A DNA stretch of 64,000 bases from Candidatus Pacearchaeota archaeon (lineage in GTDB: Archaea > Nanobdellota > Nanobdellia > Pacearchaeales > GW2011-AR1): positions 1,820 through 65,819 of the forward strand of contig JBNLCO010000006.1 in NCBI GenBank assembly GCA_050303855.1. The letters are read 5' to 3'. Position numbers and translations under genes: made by a program. Of the stretch, positions 36,800 through 46,559 are shown one piece after another (positions within the stretch are counted from its first letter, which is position 1; the number at the start of each line of letters is the position of its first letter). A model generated the notes under the pieces. The model saw only the letters and a list, made by a program, of their open reading frames with translations, searched no databases and was not told the DNA's origin.

Positions 36800-37903
36800 T
36801 TATTCTCCATAATATTCGTCAACCAACTTATACTTAATTTTAAGTCTATCGTAAAGATTCCTTCTCAAAGGACCGATCCAACCATAATTATCAATAAAAC
36901 TCCTTATTCTATTTAGCCTCTTTGCATCCCGAACCTCATAAAAATTATCCTCTCCAAAAGTCAAACCTTCCGAGATAAAAAACAATTCAGGGTCTGAATA
37001 AAGATTTCCTAAATCAACATAATTAATACCGCTATCACCAATTATAGAAGGGGCAGTTGTTTCAATAAAACAATATCCTGTATTTGAAAAACTTTCATAA
37101 ACAGGGCATTTAATACCTAAAGCCTCATGATTCTCATCCAAATAATAAAAGAATGAAACGCCATAACCAATTTCTCTCAATAAAAAGGAAAGCAATTCTG
37201 TTTTCTCACCACATATTCCTTCATTATCATATAAAACCTGGTAAGGGTATCTCGAATAAGGAACCTCCTGTCCTGCAAAAGAATAAGTCTTATCTGACTG
37301 TCCATAAGGAATATTCTGAACAAGACTAATCGCAATTCTAGCTTGATCATCTTTATTGTCAGGAGCTCTATTCTGTATTTCCACCACTAATGGCATCAAA
37401 AATTCTCTCTGAACATCTTCATTAATTTTATCTAATTTGAAATCTGCCCTAGAAGAAATCTCCGAAGCCTGGTACTTTATCGACTGGTCAAGAGAAGAAA
37501 GATAATTATCCAATCCCCCATAAACACTAAAAGAAAAAGAGTTTTCTTTCCCATCTAAAAGATATCTAAGGTTAATTTCTTTAGCCGCAACAGAATAAGA
37601 ACTATAACAATCTCCATTTACTTTAGAAGAATTAAAGGGGCAACCACAAAAATTTGAGTTCCTTACCAATTGTCCATCCGAACTACAATAATAAGGTTTA
37701 TTTATAGAACAAGTTCCAACAAAACCCCCATCCCCACAAGTTTCAACAGAGCTCATTGTATTTATCCGACTGACATTCACAAGGTAGGAAACAAAAATTA
37801 ATACAAATAGTAATACTATAAGAACTATAAAAGAATAAACTAAATTTTTCCTTAAAGAAAAACTCCAAAATCTCCCCTCCCCATAACCAACCTCTTCAGA
37901 CAT
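36800..37903 (-). CDS. Membrane-anchored, Cys-rich extracellular protein with a transglutaminase-like core.
   Basis: N-terminal TM anchor. Cys-rich region. C-terminal GICGEKTELLSFLLREIGYGVSFFYYLDENHEALGIK resembles the transglutaminase-like Cys...His core (C-x-x-x-A-x-L-F-x-x-LLR-x-GIPAR ... HAW). Confidence 0.45.
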   Translation of the reverse strand: MSEEVGYGEGRFWSFSLRKNLVYSFIVLIVLLFVLIFVSYLVNVSRINTMSSVETCGDGGFVGTCSINKPYYCSSDGQLVRNSNFCGCPFNSSKVNGDCYSSYSVAAKEINLRYLLDGKENSFSFSVYGGLDNYLSSLDQSIKYQASEISSRADFKLDKINEDVQREFLMPLVVEIQNRAPDNKDDQARIAISLVQNIPYGQSDKTYSFAGQEVPYSRYPYQVLYDNEGICGEKTELLSFLLREIGYGVSFFYYLDENHEALGIKCPVYESFSNTGYCFIETTAPSIIGDSGINYVDLGNLYSDPELFFISEGLTFGEDNFYEVRDAKRLNRIRSFIDNYGWIGPLRRNLYDRLKIKYKLVDEYYGE

Positions 37904-37967
37904 AATCTAAGAAACATAAATGGATTATAAAAAGTTAATTATTCAAAATAAATTCAATTCAAGAAAT

Positions 37968-38594
37968 CTACTTTTTGACAAAAACAAATTTCTCAGAACC
38001 TCTCCCAGGAACCCAACTTCTTTCCTCAATTTCTTTCGGGGTTCTACATGCAACACCTAAAGAAGAATTGTCTTGATCATACATAGAAACATTTGCTAAA
38101 AAGGGCAACCACAAATCATGCTTATAATTAAAAGCAGGCAACAAACTCCACAAACCCCCAGTGTCTTTTTTTATATGGGGAAAAACTTTACTAGCTTCTA
38201 ACATTTGGTGCAAATCTACAGGAACATAACCTAATTTGCTAAATTCTGAAACCAAATTATCTGTAGTTGCACTGGATTCCAATTTAATATTTTTGAAAAA
38301 ATATTCCTTGTTTTGTTTTTTAGAAACAAAAGAATCATTAAGGGAAATATCATCTAAAAATCTTTTAGGCATCGATTGAATTCTAGATTCAATCTTTTCT
38401 GAATGCTCCTTAAATTTATCAAGAACAACTTTATACAAACCATTAATTTCACTAAAGTTTTCACGTTCGATTTTTGCAATTAGAGAATCATTATAATCTA
38501 CAAAAGAAGTAAAATTAAATTCTCTATAACTAAAAGAATCATTTTCTTTCACAAGCGACCAGGCTTTATCCATTCCCATAATAAGTAGTGTCAA
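37968..38594 (-). CDS. Hypothetical protein, 208 aa.
   Basis: The ORF alone. Confidence 0.35.
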   Translation of the reverse strand: MTLLIMGMDKAWSLVKENDSFSYREFNFTSFVDYNDSLIAKIERENFSEINGLYKVVLDKFKEHSEKIESRIQSMPKRFLDDISLNDSFVSKKQNKEYFFKNIKLESSATTDNLVSEFSKLGYVPVDLHQMLEASKVFPHIKKDTGGLWSLLPAFNYKHDLWLPFLANVSMYDQDNSSLGVACRTPKEIEERSWVPGRGSEKFVFVKK

Positions 38595-38658
38595 AGAAGG
38601 ATTTATAAATTTTCCTACAACTTACCTTTTAGAAATCAAAATAAAAAAGAGATAACCT

Positions 38659-41160
38659 TTATTCAAAATAAATACCTGGCTTATGAGGTTTAGCCTTCTT
38701 AGAAATATTATTTGGATCATATTTATCTTTATCGTTAACAGCATAAACCTTAACTGGTTTTCCAATCCTCTTACTAATCTCCTCATCTGAAAAGAAATCT
38801 AATTCATTTGGAAGAACATAGACATAAACATTTTCTTTAGATTCTCCCTTACTTTCAACAATTTTATTTATGTTAATTATATCTCCAACTAGTTTCTCAA
38901 CAGCTTCATCCTGCTTCTCAAAACGTTCATCTATTTTGTTATCTTCTGGCTTAGGCCACTCACTGAGACTAATGAAACCTTTGCCCTTAATCTTTTCCCA
39001 AAGCTCTTCTGAAACATGTGGGCAGAAAGGACTCAATAATTTCAAACTCTTCTCAAGAACATCTTTTGAAACTTCCCCTCCATCAAACAAAGTATTAAAC
39101 AGTTCCCTTACTTTTATGATTGCAAGATTGTATTTGAAACTCTCAATCTGATTTGTAACTTCTTTTATTATTTTATTCAACTTACTTTCAATCTTAGGGC
39201 TTGATTTCTTAGTTAACTCAACTCTTGAAAAAAAATCAAATAATTTATTTATAAATTTCAAACTTCCGTCAATACCTTTCTCACTCCAATCAATATCTTT
39301 ATCTGGAGACGCTACAGAAATCAAAAACATTCTTGCTGTATCAATTCCATACTTCTCAGAAACAGTTTCAGGCAAAACAACATTTCCTTTAGATTTACTC
39401 ATTTTATCTCCATCCTCGCCGTGCAACATACCCTGATGAAATAATTTAATTGCAGGTTCATCAAATTTCAACAAACCTAAATCTCTCAAGAATTTAGTAT
39501 AAAATCGGAAATAAATCAGATGCATACAAGCATGTTCAGCCCCCCCAATATATTGATCGATCGGACACCAATAATCTACCTTTTTAGGATCAAAAATTTT
39601 CTTATCATTTTTGCTATCTGCATATCTCAAAAAATACCACGAGGAATTAACAAAAGTATCCATAGTATCAGTTTCTCTTTTAGAATCTTTATTTCCACAA
39701 TTAGGGCATTTTGTTTTAACCCATTTATCATTAGTCAACAAAGGATTTCCTTCCCCAAATTTAACCTCTTTAGGAAGCTTAACTGGAAGATCTTTCTCCT
39801 TAACCGCAACAACACCACAATCATTGCAATACACAACGGGTATCGGAGTTCCCCAATATCTCTGCCTAGAAATTAACCAATCTCTTAACTTAAACTGAAC
39901 TTTGTTTCTCCCAATTTTCTTCCTTTCTAAAAATGCAACAATCTTTTTCTTTGCATCAGAATTCTCCAAACCACTAAATTCCCCAGAATTAATTAGGTTG
40001 CCTTTTTCAGTATAAGCATGAGTCATTTTCTCAGGCTTTTCAATTTCCTGACCAACAGGATCAATTACAACTTTTATAGGAATTTCATATTTCTTAGCAA
40101 ATTCGAAATCCCTTTGATCATGCGCGGGAACAGCCATCACCATCCCAGAACCGTAATCAGCCACAACAAAATTTCCTGCATAAACTGGAACTTTCTCATT
40201 AGTTACAGGATTAATTGCATAACTTCCAGTAAAAATTCCTTCTTTCTCCATATCCTCCATCTGCTTCTCTGAAACACCTTTAACTCTCTTCAAAAACGCT
40301 TCAACTTTCTTTTTCTCAGAGTTTGCAACAATATCCATCAATTTAGGATGCTGTGCAGAAATTACCATAAATGTAACTCCATAAATAGTATCTGGTCTTG
40401 TTGTAAATACTGGAAACTTTCCAAAACTCTCTATCTCAAAATCAATCTCAGCACCATAGCTCTTTCCTATCCAATTTTTCTGCATTGCTTTGGTTCTCGA
40501 AGGCCAATCCAAATCATCAATCTTATCTAAAAGTTCTTCAGCGTAATCTGTAATCTTAAAAAACCACTGTCTCAAAGTCTTCAATTCCACTTTTGTCCCG
40601 CATCTTTCACAATTACCAGTTTGGGCCTGTTCATTTGCCAAAACAGTCTTACAAGAAGGGCACCAATTAACAGAAGCTTCTTTTTGATAAGCCAAACCCT
40701 TTTCTAACATCTTAAGGAAAATCCATTGATCCCACTTATAATAATCCGGACTTGAAGTATTAATTATTCTAGACCAATCATAACTCAATCCAAGCATCTT
40801 CTGTTGCTTCATAAAATGTTTCATAGATTTCTTAGTATAATCTTCAGGATGAGTCCCATCTTTAATAGCAGCATTCTCTGCAGGAAGCCCTAAAGCATCA
40901 TAACCCATAGGATGGAGAACATTAAACCCTTGCATTAATTTAAATCTTGCAAAAACATCTCCAATTGAATAATTCCAGGCATGTCCCATATGCAAACCAC
41001 TACCTGAAGGATAAGGAAACATTTCAAGAACATAAAATTTAGGTTTCTTCGTGCCCGCCGGCGTTCGAGGCTCTTTAACTTCAAAAGCTTTCTTATCAGC
41101 CCAACGTTTCTGCCACTTTTGTTCTATTTTTGCAAAATTAATTTTATTAGACTCTGGCAT
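38659..41160 (-). CDS. leuS: Leucyl-tRNA synthetase (bacterial-type).
   Basis: MFPYPSGSGLHMGHAWNY is the HIGH region of bacterial-like LeuRS. KMSKSKGN. CP1 editing insert. 833-aa length is typical of bacterial LeuRS, not the roughly 950-aa archaeal type. Confidence 0.85.
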   Translation of the reverse strand: MPESNKINFAKIEQKWQKRWADKKAFEVKEPRTPAGTKKPKFYVLEMFPYPSGSGLHMGHAWNYSIGDVFARFKLMQGFNVLHPMGYDALGLPAENAAIKDGTHPEDYTKKSMKHFMKQQKMLGLSYDWSRIINTSSPDYYKWDQWIFLKMLEKGLAYQKEASVNWCPSCKTVLANEQAQTGNCERCGTKVELKTLRQWFFKITDYAEELLDKIDDLDWPSRTKAMQKNWIGKSYGAEIDFEIESFGKFPVFTTRPDTIYGVTFMVISAQHPKLMDIVANSEKKKVEAFLKRVKGVSEKQMEDMEKEGIFTGSYAINPVTNEKVPVYAGNFVVADYGSGMVMAVPAHDQRDFEFAKKYEIPIKVVIDPVGQEIEKPEKMTHAYTEKGNLINSGEFSGLENSDAKKKIVAFLERKKIGRNKVQFKLRDWLISRQRYWGTPIPVVYCNDCGVVAVKEKDLPVKLPKEVKFGEGNPLLTNDKWVKTKCPNCGNKDSKRETDTMDTFVNSSWYFLRYADSKNDKKIFDPKKVDYWCPIDQYIGGAEHACMHLIYFRFYTKFLRDLGLLKFDEPAIKLFHQGMLHGEDGDKMSKSKGNVVLPETVSEKYGIDTARMFLISVASPDKDIDWSEKGIDGSLKFINKLFDFFSRVELTKKSSPKIESKLNKIIKEVTNQIESFKYNLAIIKVRELFNTLFDGGEVSKDVLEKSLKLLSPFCPHVSEELWEKIKGKGFISLSEWPKPEDNKIDERFEKQDEAVEKLVGDIININKIVESKGESKENVYVYVLPNELDFFSDEEISKRIGKPVKVYAVNDKDKYDPNNISKKAKPHKPGIYFE

Positions 41161-41205
41161 GTATATAGGATAGAATTAATGATTTAATAAATTATTGTTC
41201 AGAGA

Positions 41206-41523
41206 TTATTTTGCTTTACTTATCTCTGTTCTATCCAAAAAGATATAATTTGTGTCAAGATAAGTGAACCGAAATTCATTATATTTACCTTCCGGAGAAT
41301 TTTTACGATAAAACCTATTCTTAGTAGAAAGTTTCGGAAACTTCATGCTATCAAAAGCCTCATTCATAAAAACAACAACTTCTGATAAATCTTTAGAATA
41401 TCTTGCATTACCTGCAACAAATTCGCCAATAGTAGAATCTGGCAATACTTCTAAAGCCTTCTTAACATCTTCATCTTCACACACAATATTATAAAGTTTC
41501 ATAATTTTTCCACAAACCTCCAA
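41206..41523 (-). CDS. Hypothetical protein, 105 aa.
   Basis: The ORF alone. Confidence 0.3.
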   Translation of the reverse strand: MEVCGKIMKLYNIVCEDEDVKKALEVLPDSTIGEFVAGNARYSKDLSEVVVFMNEAFDSMKFPKLSTKNRFYRKNSPEGKYNEFRFTYLDTNYIFLDRTEISKAK

Positions 41524-41596
41524 TTTAAAAAACTTCCTAAAAGAAGTAATAACTTCACTTCACAACTTTTAAATATTCTCCTAATATATACTATAT

Positions 41597-42121
41597 ATGA
41601 AAAAGATTCAAGCACACTTAATTGGAGAAACAATCTCCACAAACGAATCAGAAGCATTCACGTTACAAAAGAAATCTCAATTCGGAGAACAATCTGGACA
41701 AAAAATACAATATACTTTATCAGAAGCATTATATCTTTTAGAAAAAAATAAAATTGAGGTGTTACAAAAAAATAAAGTGCTAAGTCACAACGAATTGTTC
41801 AACAAAATAAAAAGAATAGATTCAAGAATTCAACTAAAATATCCTGTATTCAAGGATTTAAGAGAAAAAGGATATGTAGTAAAAACAGCATTAAAATTTG
41901 GAGCAGATTTCAGAGTGTATCCAAAAGGCGTGAAAGTAGGACAAAAAAACCAACATTCAAAGTGGATTGTTTTCTGCGAACACGAATCAAAGAAATTTTC
42001 ATGGCATGAATTCTCTGCAAAAAACCGTGTAGCGCATAGCACAAAAAAGAACTTACTAATTGCAATAGTTGATGAAGAATCCGATATTTCTTATTACGAA
42101 ATTAGGTGGATTAGAACCTAG
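41597..42121 (+). CDS. endA: tRNA-splicing endonuclease (alpha4-type catalytic subunit).
   Basis: C-terminal catalytic domain FGADFRVYPKG...HSKWIVFC...RVAHSTKKNLLIAIV matches the EndA Tyr/His/Lys catalytic triad region. 174 aa fits the homotetrameric type. Confidence 0.75.
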   Translation: MKKIQAHLIGETISTNESEAFTLQKKSQFGEQSGQKIQYTLSEALYLLEKNKIEVLQKNKVLSHNELFNKIKRIDSRIQLKYPVFKDLREKGYVVKTALKFGADFRVYPKGVKVGQKNQHSKWIVFCEHESKKFSWHEFSAKNRVAHSTKKNLLIAIVDEESDISYYEIRWIRT

Positions 42122-42513
42122 CTCTCAAGTCTCTGCAAAGCAATCTCCGCACTCTCTGACATCTCCTTCTCTGGAGCATCTAAAAATTTCTTAACAAACG
42201 GAATGAAATCTTTATCTCCTAAAGTAGATAAGGCCAATATTGCCTCATGCCTCACAAACAAATTATAATCTTCTTCAACAGATTTCATCAAATATTTCCC
42301 AATAAGATCTCCTCTACCCGTTTCACCCAAAGAAAAGGCAAATTCATGCCGAACAATAGGAGAAGGATCAGTAAATAAACCTTTAACCAATTTCATAAGA
42401 TTCTCTTCTTTTTTAGCATTTTCAAGCTGAAAAGCGCCCTGAATTCTTTCCTCCATACTTCGATTTAAATCCAAGATCAAATCCCCGTAATAATCTTCAT
42501 CTTTTACATCCAT
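42118..42513 (-). CDS. Small HEAT/PBS-lyase-like repeat protein with two His-Glu motifs.
   Basis: Two repeats containing RHEFAFSLG and RHEAILALSTLG, 131 aa. Confidence 0.4.
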   Translation of the reverse strand: MDVKDEDYYGDLILDLNRSMEERIQGAFQLENAKKEENLMKLVKGLFTDPSPIVRHEFAFSLGETGRGDLIGKYLMKSVEEDYNLFVRHEAILALSTLGDKDFIPFVKKFLDAPEKEMSESAEIALQRLES

Positions 42514-42583
42514 AAAATCCAGAAATAAGAACTATTTATAAAATTAACCAAATATTTATAACACAGAATAATTTTTCTAGATT

Positions 42584-43486
42584 ATGCTTGATACAAACAA
42601 AATAAAAGAGAGGATAATTTCAATTCTGAACGCAAAAGGCCCAGGTTTTCCATCGCCCATAGCCAGCGAAATACAAACAAGCATTCTATTCACTTCCGCA
42701 TTCCTCTCAGAACTACTCTCAGAAAAGCAAATTAAAATAACTAATATGAAAGTAGGAAGTTCTCCCATATACTACATTCCAGGACAAGAGTCTCAATTAG
42801 AAAGTTTTGCAATAAAATACCTAAAAAGCAAAGAAAAAGAAGCTTTCATAAAACTCCAAGAAAATAAAATTCTAAAGGATACTGAACAAGAACCAGCAAT
42901 ACGTGTTGCGTTGCGAGAAATAAGAGATTTTGCAATACCTCAAGAGAAGAATAATGAATTGTATTGGAAGTATTTTATAGCATCGGAAGAAGAAGTAAGG
43001 ATCCCAGATAAGAATCCCGAAGAAAAAAGAGAAGAAATCCAAAAACCTAAAGAAACTCAAGAACCAAAAATAAAAGAAAATCCCTCTCAAGAAAGCAAAA
43101 AAGAGGAATTAGACATATTTGAGAAAGAAGAACCCAAAGAAAAAAAGGATAAACCAAAAAAAACCTCTAAAAAGAAAACCGCAAGCAAACAAGATGATAA
43201 ATTCTTTAATATGGTAAAAGAATACCTTTCGCAAAATAACATAGAAATTATAGACCTAGTTTCAATAGGGAAATCTGAATTAACATTTAAAGTAAGAAAA
43301 AACCAAGAAGAACAATTACTCGTGGCCTACAAAAAGAAAGCAGGAGAAAAAGAGATAATTGCAGCAAACAAAAAAGCACAGGACTTAAACCTAAAGTACG
43401 CAATACTAAGCACTGCAGAACCTCTAAAAAAGACAATAAACCTAATTGAGGCACTAAAAAACATGTCAGATATACAAAAAATTTGA
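42584..43486 (+). CDS. Hypothetical protein with an N-terminal winged-helix-like domain, charged linker and C-terminal domain.
   Basis: N-terminal about 90 aa predicted wH (IASEIQTSILFTSAFLSELL...SSPIYYIPGQE). Lys/Glu-rich low-complexity middle. Conserved-looking C-terminus. Confidence 0.35.
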   Translation: MLDTNKIKERIISILNAKGPGFPSPIASEIQTSILFTSAFLSELLSEKQIKITNMKVGSSPIYYIPGQESQLESFAIKYLKSKEKEAFIKLQENKILKDTEQEPAIRVALREIRDFAIPQEKNNELYWKYFIASEEEVRIPDKNPEEKREEIQKPKETQEPKIKENPSQESKKEELDIFEKEEPKEKKDKPKKTSKKKTASKQDDKFFNMVKEYLSQNNIEIIDLVSIGKSELTFKVRKNQEEQLLVAYKKKAGEKEIIAANKKAQDLNLKYAILSTAEPLKKTINLIEALKNMSDIQKI

Positions 43487-43524
43487 TAAGAAAGCTTTAA
43501 AAACGAAATAGTTTAGAATTAATC

Positions 43525-43731
43525 ATGGGAAAGATAAAATCAAAGATGATGAGAAGTACTTCAGAGACTCTAATAAAAGAAGGACTACCATTTACAGAAG
43601 ATTTTGAAACTAACAAAAAGATACTTGGAGATACAATGCCAAGTAAGAAGCTTAGAAACAAAACAGCAGGATTAATTTCTAGAATGAAAAGGCAAGAAGC
43701 CATAAAAAAGGCAGAGCTTGAAGTTAAATAA
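43525..43731 (+). CDS. rps17e: 30S ribosomal protein S17e.
   Basis: MGKIKSKMMRSTSETLIKEGLPFTEDFETNKKILGDTMPSKKLRNKTAGLISRM matches the S17e family. Confidence 0.85.
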   Translation: MGKIKSKMMRSTSETLIKEGLPFTEDFETNKKILGDTMPSKKLRNKTAGLISRMKRQEAIKKAELEVK

Positions 43732-43778
43732 TTCTAAAACCTTAAACTTTTAAAGGTAGGTAGATCTCTATAAATTAA

Positions 43779-43851
43779 GGCTGCATAGCTCAGTTGGTAG
43801 AGCGCAAGTCTCATGAGCTTGAGGTCCTGAGTTCGAATCTCAGTGCAGCCA
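43779..43851 (+). tRNA. tRNA with CAT anticodon (elongator Met or Ile2-type).
   Basis: Acceptor GGCTGCA/TGCAGCC. D-arm GCTC-AGTTGGTA-GAGC. Anticodon stem CAAGT/GCTTG. Loop CTCATGA. T-arm CTGAG-TTCGAAT-CTCAG. Lacks the three G-C pairs of initiator tRNA. Confidence 0.85.
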
Positions 43852-44650
43852 TATCTTTCAAAATTACCCGATTAAACAGTTCCTTTTTAGAAGAAAGATA
43901 TTTCCGATCATATCTCATAAATGCCTGGAATTTTTTCAGTTGTTTAGGATTAACAAATCCGATATTTTTATAAAACAATATCAAATTCTTTTTCCCATTA
44001 AACTGCACACGAAACTTTTTGAAGATTTTAATAAATCCCCTCTCATCCTTATTCCTTTTGCATTCATACATGTTACCATTAAAACCATTCTCGATCAAGA
44101 ATTCATGAATTTGTCTTATCAAATCATGAGCAATCATATGGACCTCCAATCTTGGATAAAATTTGTTAGGATTTTTTGTTAAAACCAAACTACCATCCGT
44201 AGCAAAAATTCCTTGAATAACATATTTGACAAGATCTCTCCTATGGAATTCTCCAGGAATAATTATCTTTGTTCCTTTCTTACCAATAGGAAATCCTAAA
44301 GAATTAATTTTGCAAAAAAGACTTTTATCAGAGAAGAACAATTCAACAGTTCCTTTTTCAGGCCTTCTAATAATTCTCAAAGGTTTCATCCCAGATCGCA
44401 AAGAATTTATTATTGGAGCTACAAATTCTTTAATAAAAGGAATATCATCGTAGTAATTACAAACGATTGATATGCCAAATATCGTTCTTTTTTGTTTTGT
44501 AACATATTTTGACAAACATCCATCTCCCAACATTATTCCATAAAGTAGAGCAAATCTTTCATCATGAGACAACTTATTGATATCAAACATCACAACAAAT
44601 ACAAAACAAAAAATAATATAATATTTTAGAACTATTCTATAATTAAACAC
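43811..44650 (-). CDS. Free-standing two-motif LAGLIDADG-family protein (paralogue 2).
   Basis: Motifs LLYGIMLGDGCL and IQGIFATDGSL. The 3' end overlaps tRNA-CAT on the opposite strand by about 40 nt. Confidence 0.6.
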   Translation of the reverse strand: MFNYRIVLKYYIIFCFVFVVMFDINKLSHDERFALLYGIMLGDGCLSKYVTKQKRTIFGISIVCNYYDDIPFIKEFVAPIINSLRSGMKPLRIIRRPEKGTVELFFSDKSLFCKINSLGFPIGKKGTKIIIPGEFHRRDLVKYVIQGIFATDGSLVLTKNPNKFYPRLEVHMIAHDLIRQIHEFLIENGFNGNMYECKRNKDERGFIKIFKKFRVQFNGKKNLILFYKNIGFVNPKQLKKFQAFMRYDRKYLSSKKELFNRVILKDMAALRFELRTSSS

Positions 44651-44655
44651 AAAAA

Positions 44656-45018
44656 TCAGTAAACTCTTGGAACTTTTCCACCTTTCTTTCTAGGGAGTAT
44701 ATGAAAATGAACATGGTTGACCACCTGTCCTGCAGATTCAAAGTTATTCTGAACAAGATTAAATCCATCGGCCTTCTCAGAGTCTAAAACTTTCAAAGCA
44801 GTTTGTTTAACACAATCCAACAACTCCGTACCAACAGTCGAAGGCATATCTAAAGTAGTCTTAAAGTGTCTTTTTGATATAACCAAACTATGCCCTTCTA
44901 TCTGTTGATTTTTATCTGGCATAGAAAAAAAGCTATCATTTTCATAGATTTTATCTGAGGTAACTTCACCAGAAGCTATCTTACAAAAAATGCAATCTTC
45001 CATAAAACCAAAAAACAA
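44656..45018 (-). CDS. HIT-family (histidine triad) hydrolase.
   Basis: HVHFHILPR histidine-triad motif. 120 aa. Confidence 0.85.
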   Translation of the reverse strand: MFFGFMEDCIFCKIASGEVTSDKIYENDSFFSMPDKNQQIEGHSLVISKRHFKTTLDMPSTVGTELLDCVKQTALKVLDSEKADGFNLVQNNFESAGQVVNHVHFHILPRKKGGKVPRVY

Positions 45019-45033
45019 AACAAGTTTAAAAAA

Positions 45034-45531
45034 TTATATATTGTTACCTTTCCAAACAGTTTTCTCACCATTAATTTTTCTATCAAGAATGACCAATTCA
45101 TCATAAATTCCTTCAATTAAATCGTAATTTTTAGCCTCTTCCAAGCTCACCCAAGCATATTCAATTAAAGCATTACACAGATTAACATTTGTTTCTTTAA
45201 GGAGTTCAGCAAATAAACTAACAATCAAACAAGGAACCTTGTCTGGACGAATATAAACCATGCTAGTAACATAATCTATGTTTTGAATCTCAAGTCCAAC
45301 CTCTTCCTTAACTTCCTTTTTTAACAAATCTTCCAAAACATTATACCAATGGTGAGGAGTATCTTTATTTCTAAGAACATAATCTAAAACTTCTAACTTA
45401 CCTCCTGGAACAGTCCACCTCCCAGGGAAAGCTTTTTCCCAATCAGCACGTTTAACAACCAAAAATTTACCTTCTTGATTAACAATTATTCCTGTAACAA
45501 CAACAAAATGAGTAAGATTTTTATTGGACAT
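45034..45531 (-). CDS. NUDIX hydrolase.
   Basis: Nudix box GGKLEVLDY...EDLLKKEVKEEVGLEI (GX5EX7REUXEEXGU pattern). Confidence 0.8.
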   Translation of the reverse strand: MSNKNLTHFVVVTGIIVNQEGKFLVVKRADWEKAFPGRWTVPGGKLEVLDYVLRNKDTPHHWYNVLEDLLKKEVKEEVGLEIQNIDYVTSMVYIRPDKVPCLIVSLFAELLKETNVNLCNALIEYAWVSLEEAKNYDLIEGIYDELVILDRKINGEKTVWKGNNI

Positions 45532-45590
45532 AGAAAAATTTTATCACAATAATATTTAAATAATTCCTCAAAAAAATTGACTTAAGGATA

Positions 45591-46205
45591 ATGGAAAAAG
45601 AAATACTAAAACTCTTTCTTACAGAGAATAAATTAAAATTCAGCGAAATCGAAAAATATCTAAAAGTAAGATCAAACAAGCTAGACTATCACCTAAAAAA
45701 ACTCTTAAAAAAAGGAATAATCACTAAACAAAAAGAATTTTACCAGTTAAGCGAAGGGTCTGAAAATATAATACCTTATCTATCTGAAAAGAATTCAACC
45801 TTACCTGTAATACTTATATTAATTGGGAACAAAAACGAAGCATTCCTCCAAAAAAGAGAAAAAAGACCATACAAAAATCTACTAAGTCTTCCTGGAGGAA
45901 GATTATTACAAGGAGAGGAAATTGAAACAGCAGCAAAAAGGATAATGAAAGAAAAACACAATGTTGACATATCACTTAAAAAAATAAATTCAATATCACT
46001 AGAACACTTAGTAAAAAACAAAAAAATAATTAATTCCTTCATATTAATTCTTATAACAGCTACAACAAAAAATAATATAAAATTAACAGAAATAAACAAG
46101 AACAAATCAAAGATAATACCTAGCGATTACAAATTAATAAAAAAAGAATCAAAAAACAATACTATAATAAAAACAATAAAATCAACCCTGAAACAGGGTG
46201 ACTAA
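45591..46205 (+). CDS. Winged-HTH fused to a Nudix-like domain (putative regulator).
   Basis: N-terminal wHTH (FSEIEKYLKVRSNKLDYHLKKLLKKGII). Nudix-like box LPGGRLLQGEEIETAAKRIMKEK. Low-complexity Asn/Lys C-tail. Confidence 0.5.
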   Translation: MEKEILKLFLTENKLKFSEIEKYLKVRSNKLDYHLKKLLKKGIITKQKEFYQLSEGSENIIPYLSEKNSTLPVILILIGNKNEAFLQKREKRPYKNLLSLPGGRLLQGEEIETAAKRIMKEKHNVDISLKKINSISLEHLVKNKKIINSFILILITATTKNNIKLTEINKNKSKIIPSDYKLIKKESKNNTIIKTIKSTLKQGD

Positions 46206-46273
46206 AAACCAAAATCATTGCAACCAAATCGCTCATTTGCATATTAAACTAATAAAATAAAAAATAAAACAAA

Positions 46274-46435
46274 TTATCTCTTTTTCTTTTTAACAGTCTT
46301 TTTCTTTGCAGCTTTCTTTTTTACAGCCTTTTTCTTAACAGCTTTTTTCTTAACGGCTTTCTTTTTCACCATCTTCTTCTTAGCCATTTTTTTCTTAGGC
46401 ATCTTTTTCTTCACTGCTTTCTTTTTCATAGCCAT
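46274..46435 (-). CDS. Small lysine-rich (A/M)VKKK-repeat protein, about 53 aa.
   Basis: MAMKKKAVKKKMPKKKMAKKKMVKKKAVKKKAVKKKAVKKKAAKKKTVKKKKR. GAGGTGG Shine-Dalgarno 5-6 nt upstream of the MAM start. Same repeat unit as the TFE tail. Confidence 0.55.
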   Translation of the reverse strand: MAMKKKAVKKKMPKKKMAKKKMVKKKAVKKKAVKKKAVKKKAAKKKTVKKKKR

Positions 46436-46559
46436 GACGACCACCTCTTTTTTAATTACTAGAATCAAGTATTAATTCTTTAAAAACTTTTTGTAAAATT
46501 ATTTTTTGTAAAAAAATTTATAATAAAAAAATTAGTTTTTACCGTCGGAGATAAAATAA

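Noticed and set aside
43811-43851. Possibility that the LAGLIDADG ORF 2 terminus, which overlaps tRNA-CAT, means the tRNA is a pseudogene
   Set aside because: The tRNA folds perfectly with all conserved elements. The overlap is tail-to-tail on opposite strands and is compatible with both being functional.
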